Part shown: in pieces, positions 1 to 14,540 of the stretch
How positions within the stretch are numbered: the first letter of the stretch is position 1
Layout: every line of letters starts with the position of its first letter
Source: Octopus sinensis
Lineage: Eukaryota
Length of the DNA stretch: 64,000 bases
Reading direction: 5' to 3'
Assembly (NCBI RefSeq): GCF_006345805.1
Contig: NC_043014.1
Span: 55,287,118 to 55,351,117 of the forward strand
Notes under the pieces: model-generated
Database searches by the model: none
What the model was told of the DNA's origin: nothing
Seen by the model: the letters and a program-made list of their open reading frames with translations, nothing else
Translations under genes and position numbers: made by a program

Positions 1-172
1 CCTGTGTAAAGTGGTCGGTGCTAGGGAGAGCATCCAGCTGTTGAGACCGTGCTGGGCTGGACAGTGGAGCTTGGCACAACCCTCTGGATTACCAGCTCCT
101 GTCCAGTTGTCCAGCTCATGCCCGCATGAAAGACGGGCATTAAAAGATGATGATGTATATAGACATGCAACC

Positions 173-404
173 GGTGAGCTGGCAGAAACGTTAGCACGCC
201 GGGCGAAAGGCGTAGCCGTATTTCGTCTGCAGTTACGTTCTGAGTTCAAATTCCGCCGAGGTCGACTTTGCCTTTCATCCTTTCGGGGTCGATAAATTAA
301 GTACCAGTTACGCACTGGGGTCGATGTAATTGACTTAATCCCTTTGTCTGTCCTTGTTTGTCCCCTCTGTGTTTAGCCCCTTGTGGGCAATAAAGAAATA
401 GGTA
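173..404 (+). mobile_element. tRNA-derived SINE, family C
   Basis: Head GGTGAGCTGGCAGAAACGTTAG with B-box-like GAGTTCAAATTCC; near-identical copies at 7865, 27548, 56120, 58325 and 62947. Confidence 0.85.
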
Positions 405-544
405 TATATACACACACACACACCACTGTCAACTCACACACATACACACAAACATATATAAAGACTCTATGAAATATGAAACTTGCAATAATATTCGGTC
501 TTACTCAGTGTTAAATATTCTCTCATTTGCTGACCCCCAGTCAT

Positions 545-559
545 GTAAATCTGCTGCTG

Positions 560-608
<49 letters not shown>

Positions 609-621
609 CACCACCACCACC

Positions 622-675
<54 letters not shown>

Positions 676-690
676 ACTACTACAACCACC

Positions 691-723
<33 letters not shown>

Positions 724-815
724 GCTACTACTACTACTGCTACTACTGCTACTGCTGCTGCTGCTACTACTACTACTACTGCTGCTGCTACTACTACTAC
801 TACTACTACTACTGC
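545..815. repeat. (CTA/CTG/CCA)n trinucleotide microsatellite
   Basis: Direct reading. Confidence 0.95.
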
Positions 816-849
816 TACATGCCTTTGTGTTTCTGTTTTCCCTTTGTAG

Positions 850-1032
850 ATGTGTGGCGATGTGAATGTTTCCGCAAACGAAGCTTCTTTGAACCAGCTG
901 GAGGAAGACTCTGGCCTCACAGAGATCTCCAGCAACATCAAAGAAAACTTAAGGCTGAACACAGACGTCTACGAAGGATTCACATTCAGTCATTCTTCCA
1001 CAGTTCTACCGATTGAAGAACACAAGAGTCAG
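850..1032 (+). CDS. TDRD9: TDRD9 exon 1 in window (MCGDV...LPIEEHKSQ)
   Basis: tttgtag acceptor, CAG|GTAAC donor, 183 nt, ends with the LPI motif that precedes helicase motif I; may be an internal exon. Confidence 0.85.
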
Positions 1033-4000
1033 GTAACATTTCATTTCGCTCATTCTCTTTGAACTTTTTCTTCAAAGCTGATGTTTTTAAAAAAAAAATT
1101 CTTTATTTTTTTACAAGTATTTGTTAGTTTTGATGACTTTTTTCTTTTGTCTTTTTCTTGCTTCAGTCATATGACTGTGGCCATGCTGGGGCACCACCTC
1201 CAAGAATTTTTAGTTGAATGACTTGATCCCAGTACTATTTTTCTTATTCAAAGCCTGGCACTTATTCTGTTGGTCACTTTTGCCCAGGACTCTGGAGTCA
1301 AAACAAAAGACTCTGACTCCTCTACTATCGACACCTCTGACTCCTCTTTATGTAATTAAGTGATTCTGGTCTACATATCTCATAAAGCATATGCATACGC
1401 TTGCCGATGCCAGCGCCGCCTTGACTGGCTTCTGTGCCGGTGGCACGTAAAATGCACCAACCGATCATGGCCTTTGCCAGCCTCCCCTGGCACGTAAAAA
1501 GCACCATCCGTATGTGGCCAATGCCAGCGCCGCCTTGACTGGCTTCCATGCCAGTGGCACCTAAAAAGCACCAACCGATCGGGGCCGTTTGCCAGCCTCG
1601 TCTGGCACCTGTGCCGGTGGCATGTAAAAAGCATCCACTACACTCACGGAGTGGTTGGCGTTAGGAAGGGCATCCAGCTGTAGAAACACTGCCAGATCAG
1701 ACTGGAGCCTGGTGCTGCCTTCTGGCTTCCCAGACCCTGGTCAAACTGTCCAACCCATGTTCCGATGATGGTGCTTGTAAAATGAGTTCCTGCAATAGAT
1801 GGGAAGTTACCTCTGTGATGGACTAGCATCCTGTTCAGGAGGAAGATGTTTTAACCTCAGTCACTTGTAATACCACGGAAACCAGGGTAAATCCTAGTCT
1901 TATGAGTCCTTGGGCTTCAGACGGACTTAAGTGGAATGAAGTGTTTTGTTCAAGGAAAAAAAAGTGCTGCTCAGTCTGGGAATTGAAACTGTGATCTTAC
2001 CATTGTGAGTGTAATACCTTAACTCCTAGGCCATTAAAATCTGAACAACAACAACAACAGGCATGTTGTATAGGTGCAGGAATGGTGGTGTGGTTAAGAA
2101 GCTTGTTTTGCAACCACATGGTTCCAGGTTCAATCCTACTGCATGGCACCCTGGGCAAGAGTCTTCTGCTTTAGCCTTGGATCAACCAATGCCATGTGGA
2201 TGGATTTGGTTGATAGGAAACTGTGTGGAAGCCCATTGTGTATGTATGAGTGTGTGTGTGTCTTTGCGTTTGACCCCCTGCCCTCAATGCTTGATGACTG
2301 CTGTTGGTTTGTTTACATCTCCATAACTTAGCAGTTCAGCTAAAGAGACCAATGAAACTAGCAAAAGTACTGGGTTCAATTTGTTTGACTAAAAACCTTA
2401 TAAGGTGGTGCTCCAGCCTGGTCGCAGTCCAATGATTAAGACAGGGAAAAGGTAAGACAGACAACCATTTCCTTTCACATGTTTAGACATTTCACCAGAG
2501 TTTCCTTTTCTTTTTTTTTCGTTCCTCTCATTCTTGCCCCTTTTTTTGTTTTTTTGGTAAACAGATTATAAACACTGTTGAAAGTAATCAGGTGACTGTG
2601 ATCCAGGGTCCGACCGGCTCTGGGAAAACCACACAAGTTCCTCAGTTCATTCTGGACCATTATGCATCCAAGAACCAGTATTGTAACATTGTTGTCACTC
2701 AACCGAGAAGGATCGCTGCCATCAGCATTGCCAAAAGAATTTGTCAAGAAAGACGATGGAAGTTAGGGACATTTTGTGGATATCAGGTGAATTTTGAACC
2801 CTTCGATTTATTAATAATCAAAGCCCATCGCCTTATTTTTGTTTCCTAACAATCAATTTAAAAAAGTAGAGAGATCTTTCACACTCAACCTCTCAACTAT
2901 ATGCAAACTTATTTACTCACACTTTTTTAAAATGCTGACCATGAAGACAAAATACTGTATATTAATTAATAAATAAATATCATCCGAATGTGGCCGATGC
3001 CAGCGCCGCCTTGGCTGGCTTCCGTGCCGGTGGCACGTTAAAAGCACCAACTGATCGTGGCCGATGCCGGACTTCCCTGGCACCTGTGCAGGTGGCACGT
3101 AATAAAACACCCACTACACTCGCGGAGTGGTTGGCGTTAGGAAGGGCATCCAGCTGTAGAAACACTGCCAGATCAGACTGGAGCCTGGTGCAGCCTCCTG
3201 GCTTCCCAGATCCCCGGTCGAACCGTCCAACCTGTGCTAGCATGGAAAACAGACGTTAAACGATGATGATGATGATATTCTTTCACTGGTTTCATTATAT
3301 GACCACCACCACCAAGCCATTTTAATGAATGAATATACTTGTTATTCTTGATCTTAGAATGGCCGAGTCAGAATGAGCGTTGTAAGACGAAACTGCAATG
3401 TAATGAAATAAATACTGCAATGTTTTTATGAATTTTGCCAATATTCACACAGCAGCATTGTTTTAAGGTCCACTTTTCCATGCTTGTACGGATCAGATTT
3501 CCTGGTTTCCTTGGCGTACAGGTTCCCCACCTGGACGGGATGCCGGTCCGTCGCAGGTGAGCTGCAAGATGCAGGAATAAAGAGAGAGAAAGTTGTGGCA
3601 AAAGTGTCAGTAGAAACTTCCCATTACATTCTGCTGGAGCCGCGTGGAGCTTAGGTGTTTCGCTCATAAGTACACACATCACACGGTCTGAGATAACAAT
3701 TGCAAATACTACCGAACACTTTTTAATATTCTTCTGTTTTATTGTTTACCCTTAATTAAATATAGCAGTTCAAAGAAGACATGAACAAATTGTAGCATTG
3801 AGAATGGCTGGTGTATAGAATTAAGGGTTTTGATGAAAGCTAAGGGTTAGCATTTTGAATTGTAAATATGTGAAAAACATTGTCAATACATCAACCTGTA
3901 AACACTCATTAACTAAAACCTGAAACTTTTTTTTAGCTAATTAGTGACCTCACTGGTGCTGGTGTCACAAAAAGCACCTGTACTGATGTCACGTAAAAAG

Positions 4001-7000
4001 CACCTGTGCTGGTGTCACATGAAATGTACTCTGTAAAGTGGTTGGCATTAGGAAGGGCATCCAACTATAGAAACCATGCCAGAATAGACAGTTGGAGCCT
4101 GGCATAGCTCTCCGCCCTTGCCAGCTCCTGTTGAACTGTCTAATCCATGCCAGCATAGAAAACGGCGTTAAATGATGATGATATATATACTGCACCTGGA
4201 TGTACTGACTGCATCTTACTATGCACCAGCACTAAAGGGGTTGTCTTGTCCCCAGCAAAAACTCGAGAACCCTCTCTGCCTTGTATTCACTCATTCACCA
4301 ATCAGAATTCCAGAGTGTATTTGGTGCACTTCTTAGTAAAGTGGTGACTGGTTAGCAAGTGGAAACTGGATAATTTGTTTCATCTCTGAAGATGAAGTTA
4401 ATTATCGGAGTAATTAGCATCTCATCTTGAAATGTTTAGGCACTTAATTTGGTGTTTGTTAATTAATTGTATTTTTCCCTTTGGTTTTGATCATGTTTTA
4501 ATCAATCGTTTTAGGTTGGAATGGACCGAGAAGTCTCTCCGAACACGCGGCTGACCTACATGACCACTGGAGTCCTTCTGCAGAAACTTATTAATAAGAA
4601 GGACGTTAATGATTATACACACGTCATCCTTGACGAGGTTTGTAATGCTTGACACACACACACACACACACACATGTGCTTAGTATCATCATCATCATCA
4701 TCATCACCACTATAATTGTTGCTACTGCCACCACCACCACCACCACCACCACCTTTATTATCATCAGCAGCAAAATCACCACCACCACTGCCAACATCAC
4801 CACCCACCACCACCACTATCACCACCACCACCACCGCCACCACCACCACTATCACCAACCACCACCACCACCACTATCACCACCACCACCACCACCACCA
4901 CTATCACCACCACCACCACCACCACCAACATCACCACCACCATCACCACCACCAACATCACCACCACCATCACCACACCACACCGCCACCACCACCACCC
5001 ACCACCACCACCACTATCACCACCACCACCACCACCACCACCCACCACCACCACCACTATCACCACCCCACCCACCACACCACCACCACCACCATCCACC
5101 ACCACCATCACCACCATCACCACCACCAACATCACCACCACCTCACCACCACCACCACCGCCACCACCACCACCCACCACCACCCATATCACCACCACCA
5201 CCACCACCACTGCCACATCACCACCACAGCACCACCACCACCACCACCACAACCACCACTAACCACCACCACTATCACCACCACCACCACCACCACTGCC
5301 ACCACCACCACACCACCACTATCACCACCACCACCACCACCACTGCCAACATCACCACCACCACTGCCAACATCACCACTATCACCACCACCTCCACCAC
5401 CACCACTCCACTGCCACCATCACCACCACCAACATCACCACCCACCACCACCACCACCATCACCACCCACCACCACCACCACCATCACCACCCACCACCA
5501 CCACTATCACCACCACCCACCGCACCACCACCACCACCACCACCACCCACCCTCACCACCACCACCACCGCCACCCCACCACCACCACCACCACCATCAT
5601 CACCACCACTATCAACCACCACCACCACCACCACCACCACCACCGCTTCCAAATCACCATCACCACCCACCACTATCACACCACCACCACCACTGCACCA
5701 TCCCACCACACCACCACCACCACCACCCCCCCCCCCATATCACCACCACCACCACCACCACTGCCAACATCACCACCCACCACCACCACTATCACCACCA
5801 CCACCACCACCACTGCCAACATCACCACATCACCACCAACCCACCACTATCACCACCACCACCACCACAACTGCCAAAATCACCACCATCACCACCCACC
5901 ACCACCACTATCACCACCACCACCACACACCACTGCCACCATCACCACCATCACCACCCACCACCACCACTATCACCACCACCACCACCACCACTGCCAA
6001 CATCACCACCATCACCACCACCACCACCGCTTCCAACATCACCATCACCACCCACCACCACCATCCACCATCCACCACCGTGTTCTTATTGTTGTTGTTG
6101 TCATCTTTTTGCTCCACAGATCCATGAACGAGATCAAGAGACAGACTTCTGCATCCTCATAGTGCGGAAATTCCTTCGTTCCGTTTCCAGAGGAATTCGA
6201 GTAAGTATCCAGTTGGGGATTATATTTCGAAATTCCTTGTTGTTACTTTGTTTTTATTTGTATTTTTTTTTATGTTTTAATCGGGAGCAGAAGGAGCAAC
6301 ATCCCTGACCCCGCCTTTTTTGCAGGACCTACCAGGCTGATGGGAATAACAGAGAAGATGAAAACATGGTTTCTGGATTGCTGTTGTAGGGAGCGGCATA
6401 TTGTCAAGGTCTGGAGATTTTCTCAGGCCAGAGGCTTGGTCTGAATTCTTGTATCAAGAGGCCTTGTCTTGAATTCCTGCAGAGTGAACTTTGCTAAAAA
6501 TGCCCATTGGTCAGGTGGTAGTGTTCAACTAGGTAATAGATTAAGTGTACCACCCAAGGGGCTTCAATACAGTTTTCACCTCCAAACTTCCATTTGGTTG
6601 ACTTGAGAAAGGTTGTATGGAAATTTGTTTTGCAAATGTGTGGTTCTTAGTTTGGTTCCACAGAATGGCACTTTAGGCAAGTATTTTCCATCATAGCCAC
6701 AGATTTGGAGTGGATTTGGGCAGATAACTTAACTGGCAGTCTGTCAGTTACGGTGACGAGGGTTCTAGTGGAACAGCCTGCTCATGAGACTAACATGCAA
6801 GTGGTTGAGCACTCCACAGACATACATACCAATTATGCAGTTCTCAGGGAGATTCAGTGTGACAAAATGTGAGAAGGCAAGGCTTTTGAATTCCAGGTAC
6901 AACTCATTTTTGCCAGCTGAGTGGAATGGAGTAAAGTGAAATAAAGTATGTTGCTCAAGGGACACAGTGTACTGCTGGGAATTGAACTTATGGTTGTGAT

Positions 7001-10000
7001 GTGATTACCCTAACCACTAAGCCATATATCTTCTAATCTGGGTAGATAGAACATCATCATCATTTAACGTCCGCTTTCCATGCTGGCATGGGTTGGACGG
7101 TTTGACTGAGGACTGGTGAGCCAGATGGCTGCACCAGGCTCCAATCTGATCTGGCAAAGTTTCTATAGCTGAATGCCCTTCCTAACCCCAACCACTCTTT
7201 GAGTGTAGTGGGTGCTTTTATGTGTCACCGAGGCACAAGGCCAGTCAGGTGGTACTGGCAATGACCTTGCTCAAAAGGTGTTTTTTATGTGCCATCTGCA
7301 TGGAAGCCAGTCTGGCAGCACTGGTAACAACCACGCTTGAATGTGGTTTTCATGTGTGAGTAAGGTAATGCTTGTAGCAATCACACTCGAATGGTGCTTT
7401 TTAGGTGTCACCGGCATGGGAGCCAATCAGCGACCCTGGCAGCAATCACACTCGAATGGTGCTTTTTAGGTGTCACCGGCAAGGGGGAGCCAGTCAGCGA
7501 CCTTGGCAATGATCACGCTGTATGTCTATTATTCAAGAGGGCAGTTTAGTCTCACAAATTTTTCTCCTTTCATTGCAGGTAATTCTGATGTCTGCCACTT
7601 TGGATTCAGAAATGTTTGCCAATTACTTTGCCCTTCCAGTCCGCAACACCTTGGACCCTGCCCCAATAATCACAATTGACGGCAGTTTCTTTAGCGTGTC
7701 TGAATACTACGTTGAGGATTTGGTTCCATTGGGAACTGTAAGTACTCTTTTTCAATCTTTTCATTTGACATAAAATGCTTGACAATCTTTTAATCTGTTT
7801 TTGGTTTCTTAATTCCTCCGAATATAGGATGATGATGATGTTGATTTTGTTTATATCCAAGTTGGGCGGCGAGCTGGCAGAAACGTTAGCATGCCGGGCG
7901 AAATGCGTAGCCGTATTTCGTCTGCCGTTACGTTCTGAGTTCAAATTCCGCCGAGGTCGACTTTGCCTTTCATCCTTTCGGGGTCGATAAATAAAGTACC
8001 AGTTACGCACTGGGGTCGATGTAATCGACTTAATCCCTTTGTCTGTCCTTGTTTGTCCCCTCTATGTTTAGCCCCTTGTGGGCAGTAAAGAAATATATAT
8101 CCAAGTTGGGCCTGATTGAGCAGACTTATGATGAAAAACAATCCAGCTTTGACTCTCCTGTCTTTTTAATATATCCAGTGCTACATTATTCATTTCAACC
8201 CAGCCCCACCCTAGTTAACCCTAACCCTGGTTACTCCTGTTCTCTTTCCTATAATGTGAGTTGTCGTGTAATTCCTCTACAGCAAAAGGCCCCGTTATGC
8301 TCCCTTCTTTTATACTTTAACCCCTCATCCGTTAGTATAAAGTTGCCCCACACAGTCTTGCAAGCTACATGGCAACTTCACTGGTGCCCTGAAAAAAACA
8401 GCACTCAACACATGATATAGAGTGGTTGACATTAGGAAGGGTGGTGGCCCCCTATGGAAGCAGGCAAGGGGAAATGTAAACATTGTTGTTCTTGAGCTTG
8501 TTGATGATGGTGATACAAGCTGGAGTTGGGTGCTGCAAATCCAATCATCATCATCATCATCGTTTAACATCCGCTTTCCATGCTAGCATGGGTTGGACGA
8601 TTTGACTGAGGACTAGCAAACCAGATGGCTCCACCAGGCTCCAATCTTGATCTGGCAGAGTTTCTTCAGCTGGATGCCCTTCCTAATGATATTCATAATT
8701 AAAGAAAATCAAAGGAAACTTGAAGAAAGGAGGTGTGAGGGGAGATCTGAGAATGTCTGGTGCTAGACATGAGACAAAAGGAGGTATTCTGATTTGCTAA
8801 CCTGTCCAATTCTATGCTGCTTTGGGGCAGATTGATGCTAAAATGATAAAAATGATGTGAAGATGATGATGATGGTTATGTTTTGTTAATGAGTTTGTGA
8901 CTGTATTAATATCCAAGTGTTGTTACAAGTTTATTTATTTTTCTTAGATATCACAACTTGATCCCGACAACCCACACATTACCACTGAGTCTCAGCAATT
9001 AGCTGTCAACTTAATTCAACACTTTGACACATTTGAAACCAAGGAACAAGGGTAAGTTACAGTCAAAACCCGATTCCGGGAATCTTCGCTTCAGATAAGC
9101 AATTTTGCCAAACATTGGCTAAATGCACGTGGAATTTAGTTACAGTACTTTGTGTTCTTGTGTTGAAATCCACCTGATGTTGTCTTTTGCCTTTCATCTT
9201 CATGGGGTTGATAAAAATAGTACCATATATTCCGATATACAAATGCCACTGGCACTAGTTGTGATACCAGTGCCGGTGGCATGTAAGAGAATCATCTGAA
9301 CGTGGCCGTTGCCAGCGCTGCCCCGATTGGCCTCCGTGCCGGTGGCACATAAAAAACACCAACCGATCATGGCCGCTGCCAGCCTCCCCTGACATGTAAA
9401 AAGCACCCACTACGGAGTGGTTGGTGTTAGGAAGGGCATCCAGCTGTAGAAACACTGCCAGATAAGACTGGAGCCTGGTGCAGCCTCCTGGCTTCCCAGA
9501 CCCCAGTTGAACCATCCAACCCATGCTAGCATGGAAAGCGGACGTTAAACGATGATGATGATGATGATGAAGTTGAATTTTCAGACCAAGATTTACAATC
9601 AAAAAACGGTAGGTTGACTTATATCCCAAAATGGTTTTGGAAGATGAAAAATTCCATGTGAAATGCAACAGGATTTAGGAAGATGGTGATGTTGCTTGAA
9701 GGCTTACACTATATACTCTGTTCACTTGTATGCCGGGAAATAGGGTTACCATCAAGTTCATTAATTTGTTACTTTTTCTGTACTAGAATAGATTAGATGG
9801 GGAGTTCTTTGAAGCAGGAATTTATAGATTGATGAGATTCCTGTTGCTAATTTGCACCTGTTTTTGTTTCTTTTTTAAGTAAGGAATTTTTATATTTTAC
9901 AAGTTTTCAAAAGTGCAGAGTGACTGATTGTAATGTCACATCAGAAATGGATCAACATCACCCATGCTGGTGGCATGTAAAAGCACCCATTACACTCTCA

Positions 10001-10362
10001 GAGTGGTTGGCGTTAGGAAGGACATCAGCCATAGAAAACCATACCAAATCAGACTGGAATCTGGTGCAGCCTTCCAGCGTGCAAGCATTGATCAAATAGT
10101 CCAACCCATGCCAGCATGGACAACGAATGTTAAATTATGATGATATATAGAGTGTTTGAAGTGGTGTATATTGAGAAGTAGGCAGTCAGAATTTTGGATA
10201 ATTCTTTATTAGCGCTTTCGTTTGTTTAACCAAACTCTTCACGACAAAAATTAAAACCAAATTAAAACCATTTTGATTTTAATTTTTGTCTTAAAGAGTT
10301 CAGTTAAACAAACGAAAGCACTAATAAAGAATTGTCCAAAATTCTGACTGCCTCCTTTTTCT

Positions 10363-10401
<39 letters not shown>

Positions 10402-10879
10402 CTTTGGTTGAATACCTTAATCCTTTAGCGTTCTGGTTTCTCTGTCAAATGCTTGTTTATTCACATTGTTATCTCATATCTTCAAAGTTTTGGTGAGGTG
10501 AATATATATTTCTAGAATGATATTGTTGGGTATGTGTGAGAGGCTGGATCTGGCCAGTTTCAACCTAGAACACATAGACTATTTGGGCCTGATATGGCTG
10601 GATTAAATGCAAAAGGGTTAAATAACTATTTTAATTTTTTTTTTTTTTTTAGAAATGATCCTCATTCTGGACAGCAGCCTATTTGTGGAAGTGTCCTGGT
10701 TTTCTTGCCAGGTAAGCATTGAAACCATCATCATCATCACCACAGTCACAGCGCCACTCCCAAAACCATCATCATAACCACAATCCTCACCATCACCTTC
10801 TCTCATGACACAAACTCTATACTTCACGTGATGAAGAATTGGCAGCAGCAGCAGCCAATTCTTTCTCTTGCTTCCCTTT

Positions 10880-10918
<39 letters not shown>

Positions 10919-13900
10919 AGAAATACTAAATTTCTAAATCTCTTGTAGAGACATGTACGGTGGTGGGGCGATAGAATGGTTGTATACTGTCAATCTAACA
11001 CGAACGTGACAGTAGGGAGGTACACCACCGCTGTATAGCCCTAGGAAGCATCGACGCCTCCTGATGGCTTTGACACATTTTTCCCTGTGTCCTTATATAC
11101 ATTTACGAAGGGGAGACAAACACCCCTGGCCGCTGGAGCTGCATCTAGGGACACGTGTTTCAGGATCATTGTCCTTCATATATATATATATATATATAGC
11201 AATAATAAATCTCTAAACGAGATGTAAACAGTAACTGCTCGACAACGTAAAGTATACTAGCCATCTCAATATGGCTAACCACTAAGGGTGGGTGTTCCTG
11301 TAGCTTTTAGCCCCAGGAGATCATCGTCTCCAGCTGGCTTTAGGCACATTTTCTGTGCTCTTATGGTATTTGCAAAGGGAGGTCATCCCTCTCTCGTAAA
11401 CCTAAGTGACACGCACGGACTGCAGTTTCAAGGTATTTGCCTCTTGTCAACGTACGGCAATCACCGGTTTTCGGTGAAGGGAGACCTGTTTGCAAATATC
11501 TATTCCGTCACTGATTTCGAAAAACTGTCTGCAACTGTAGCCATCTCAACTGTCTTGAGATGGCTAGTATACTTTATGTTGTCGAGCGGTTACTGTTTAC
11601 ATCTTGTTCAGAGATTTATTATTGCTGATATTAAGTCAAAGCTTTATTTTATTATTGCAGACAGTTTTTCGAAATCAGTGACGGAAGTTACTGGGAAAAA
11701 CATTAAATAGATATTTGCAAACAGTTCAATTCCAGGCAGTAACCTGAATAATAATAATAAAAATAATAATCTGTTGTATCTGGGAAGAGTCATTTTCTTT
11801 TTGTGCCTTATAATGTAATACACTCACTGGTAAAATTTCCACTTATTTCTTATTTATATTTTCCTAAAATTTTCATTGCATCTTGCAACTTTTTCAATAG
11901 CCAAGACTACTGAGAAAGGGTTACAAATTCAGCCCTTAACTCTCCATGTTCAACCTTTATCTTTCCTTTCCCTAGGGACAATAAAATTACTTGTGTTGTC
12001 TCATTTATCTACACATCTGCTTCTATAATCAAATTAATCTTGAGCCTAGTTAAATTGCCTTTGAAAAAATAAAGTTCCAAAGGCAATTTCCTTTATCCTT
12101 AATTCTTCATTTTAAGAAATTTTGATGCAAAATAAAAGACTGTTTTATAAGAAGTTTGGTTGGAACTTTTTGTTTTTTAGGGTTGGCTGACATTGACAAG
12201 CTCTATGACAAGCTAAGAACTCTGCCAGGTCAACACGGTAAGTTGTCTCTTATTCATCTCTCACTTCAATCCTTTGGCATTCAGATTAATCTGTTAGAAG
12301 TAATCCTTATTTATTCACATCGTTTTTTAATTAATCATGCATTATTGTATAGTTTTGAGATTTCAATGATGTGACTGTTTATTTTTAGAATGACATTGTA
12401 GGTTAGGTGTGAAAGGCCAGATATGGCTGGCTTGACCATAAAACAGAATATTTTGGCCTGGTACGGCCAGTTTAAATGCTAAAGAGTTAAAACAATAAAA
12501 ATTACGAATGAATGAACTGCCAGGATTTCTCTCTGTTTTATGGTTCCTTTCTTTGGTCAACCTCCATATCTCTGATATTGAGTCAAAGCTTTTTTTTTTC
12601 TGATTCTGATGCAGGTTGGTCGTTATACCCTTACATTCTTCAGTAACGATCGAAGAACAAAGTAAAGTGTTTCAGCCAACATCTCCTGGATATCGTAAGG
12701 TAAGTAGTCTCATCCTCCTCCTCCTCCCCCTCCTCCCCCTCCTCCTCCTCCCATCCTCTTCTTCCTCTTCCTCCTCTTCCTCTTCTTCTTCTTCCTCTTC
12801 TTCTTCCTACTCTTCCTCCTCCTCTTCTTCTTCTTCCTCCTCTTCCTCCTCCACCACCACCCTCCTCCCACCCCCTCCATTTAACTTCCGCTTTTCCATG
12901 CTTGTATGGCTTGGATCCAATCCGTTGATGTGGATTCTCTTTGGCAGGATGTCCTTGCTGTCACCAACATTTGCCTGTTTCCAAGCAAGTTAATGTTTCC
13001 CACATGGCCAGACATTTTTTTCACAGGTGACCAGTAATGAACAACCTCGCTTATATGAAGGTGATGCTCATTTACAACTGTCAGGTGATGTCAAGACAAG
13101 GACACACACACACACACACACACACATGCGATGGACTTCTTTTATTTTCCATCTACCAAATCCACCCACATGGCTTTGGTGAGCGTGAGGCTTATAGTAG
13201 AAGACTTTTGCCCAAGGTGCCATGTAAAGGGATTGAAACCAGAACCATGGGGGTCAGGAAACAAGCTTCTTAGCACACAGCCACTTCTCTTAACCATTTG
13301 TTCCAATAGTTGGGAAATTTCCAAAAACCCCATAAAAAAATAAAAAAAATAAAATAAAACTAAATTGGTTGTGACGTTAAGTTCCAGAATGTTCCTCCTG
13401 TTTATATAAAGAATCTAATTGCTTTGTTTTCTTTTCTTTCATGAGGTTATCCTGTCTACGAATATTGCTGAAAGTTCCATCACAGTGCCTGACATTAAAT
13501 ATGGTAAGTAATTCCAGACCCTAACTCGAAGAAGTAGGAAATTGTAAATCATTACTCTGAGGATTTCTCTGTTAATAGTCACAGAACTGGTTTGGTTTCA
13601 TGGTTTGTACATTTGCAACCCTAGTCCAGGGATTCTCTTGAGGGCAGGAGGAACTTTGGTCTTCTAACCTGCCTTCGTTTCAACAGATGAGCTGGAATCA
13701 AGTTCTTGCCTGGCAAATACAAGTTTTTTGGTAAAGTTTCCAGGAGACAATTCTGGATGAATCTCACAGCGTTTACTTCTATTTCTATTGTTACTAAGGT
13801 TCTAAACTTGCTTAGCCTATCAATACTTCTGTGATTCCACATCATTAAAGTGGACAATTTTGTCCATGGGCTTGATTCAATGAAGAAACCGAAAAAAATA

Positions 13901-14503
13901 AAGAGTTGTTTCCCTTAGAATCTGATGCCTTTAACAGTTATGTCCCTTGTGTTTTATTCTAGTCTTTTCATCTAAGTCAATCGCCACGTCGAAGTGGTTG
14001 TTCCATGTTACTACTAGTTTAACCCCAGGCAGATCTTCCACCAGCTGGTCACTGGCTGGAGCAGACCCTGGTCATCGCTCTGGTAACCAGGTGTTCGCGA
14101 CTGAGGATGAACTAACAAGCTCGAAACGGAGTCAGTCGCGCGATCCTGTTGTCTGCTAGACCAGTGATTCTATCCGATGTGGAATACCGACAGTTTTTTA
14201 AAAAATTCCACTGCACCAGGGACTGGTAATATTTCTTAGTAATATTAATTTATACCGGAAGCAATATATATAATGAATATAATTAAAGTTGATAATTTTT
14301 TTACTCTTATATTTATTTTTTAAACAAATAGGTGTAGGAGTGGCTGTGTGGTAAGTAGCTTGCTTACGAACCACATGGTTCCGGGTTCAGTCCCACTGCA
14401 TGGCAGCTTGGGCAAGTGTCTTCTACTATAGCATCGGGCCGACCAAAGCCTTGTGAGTGGTTTTGGTAGACGGAAACTGAAAGAAGCCCATCGTAAATAT
14501 GAA

Positions 14504-14540
<37 letters not shown>

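Noticed and set aside
469-962. Poly-T/L/V ORFs
   Set aside because: Translations of a trinucleotide microsatellite
1325-1634. Many 60-180 aa ORFs overlapping RTE UTR and SINE copies throughout the window
   Set aside because: They recur at every repeat copy in different frames and strands, so they are non-coding repeat translations
4630-6130. DEIH rather than DEVH motif II as a functional novelty
   Set aside because: Conservative substitution common among DExH helicases
4649-6308. 490-530 aa His/Pro/Thr-rich ORFs
   Set aside because: Stop-free (CAC)n repeat inside intron 3; only the 81 nt at 6120-6200 are a real exon
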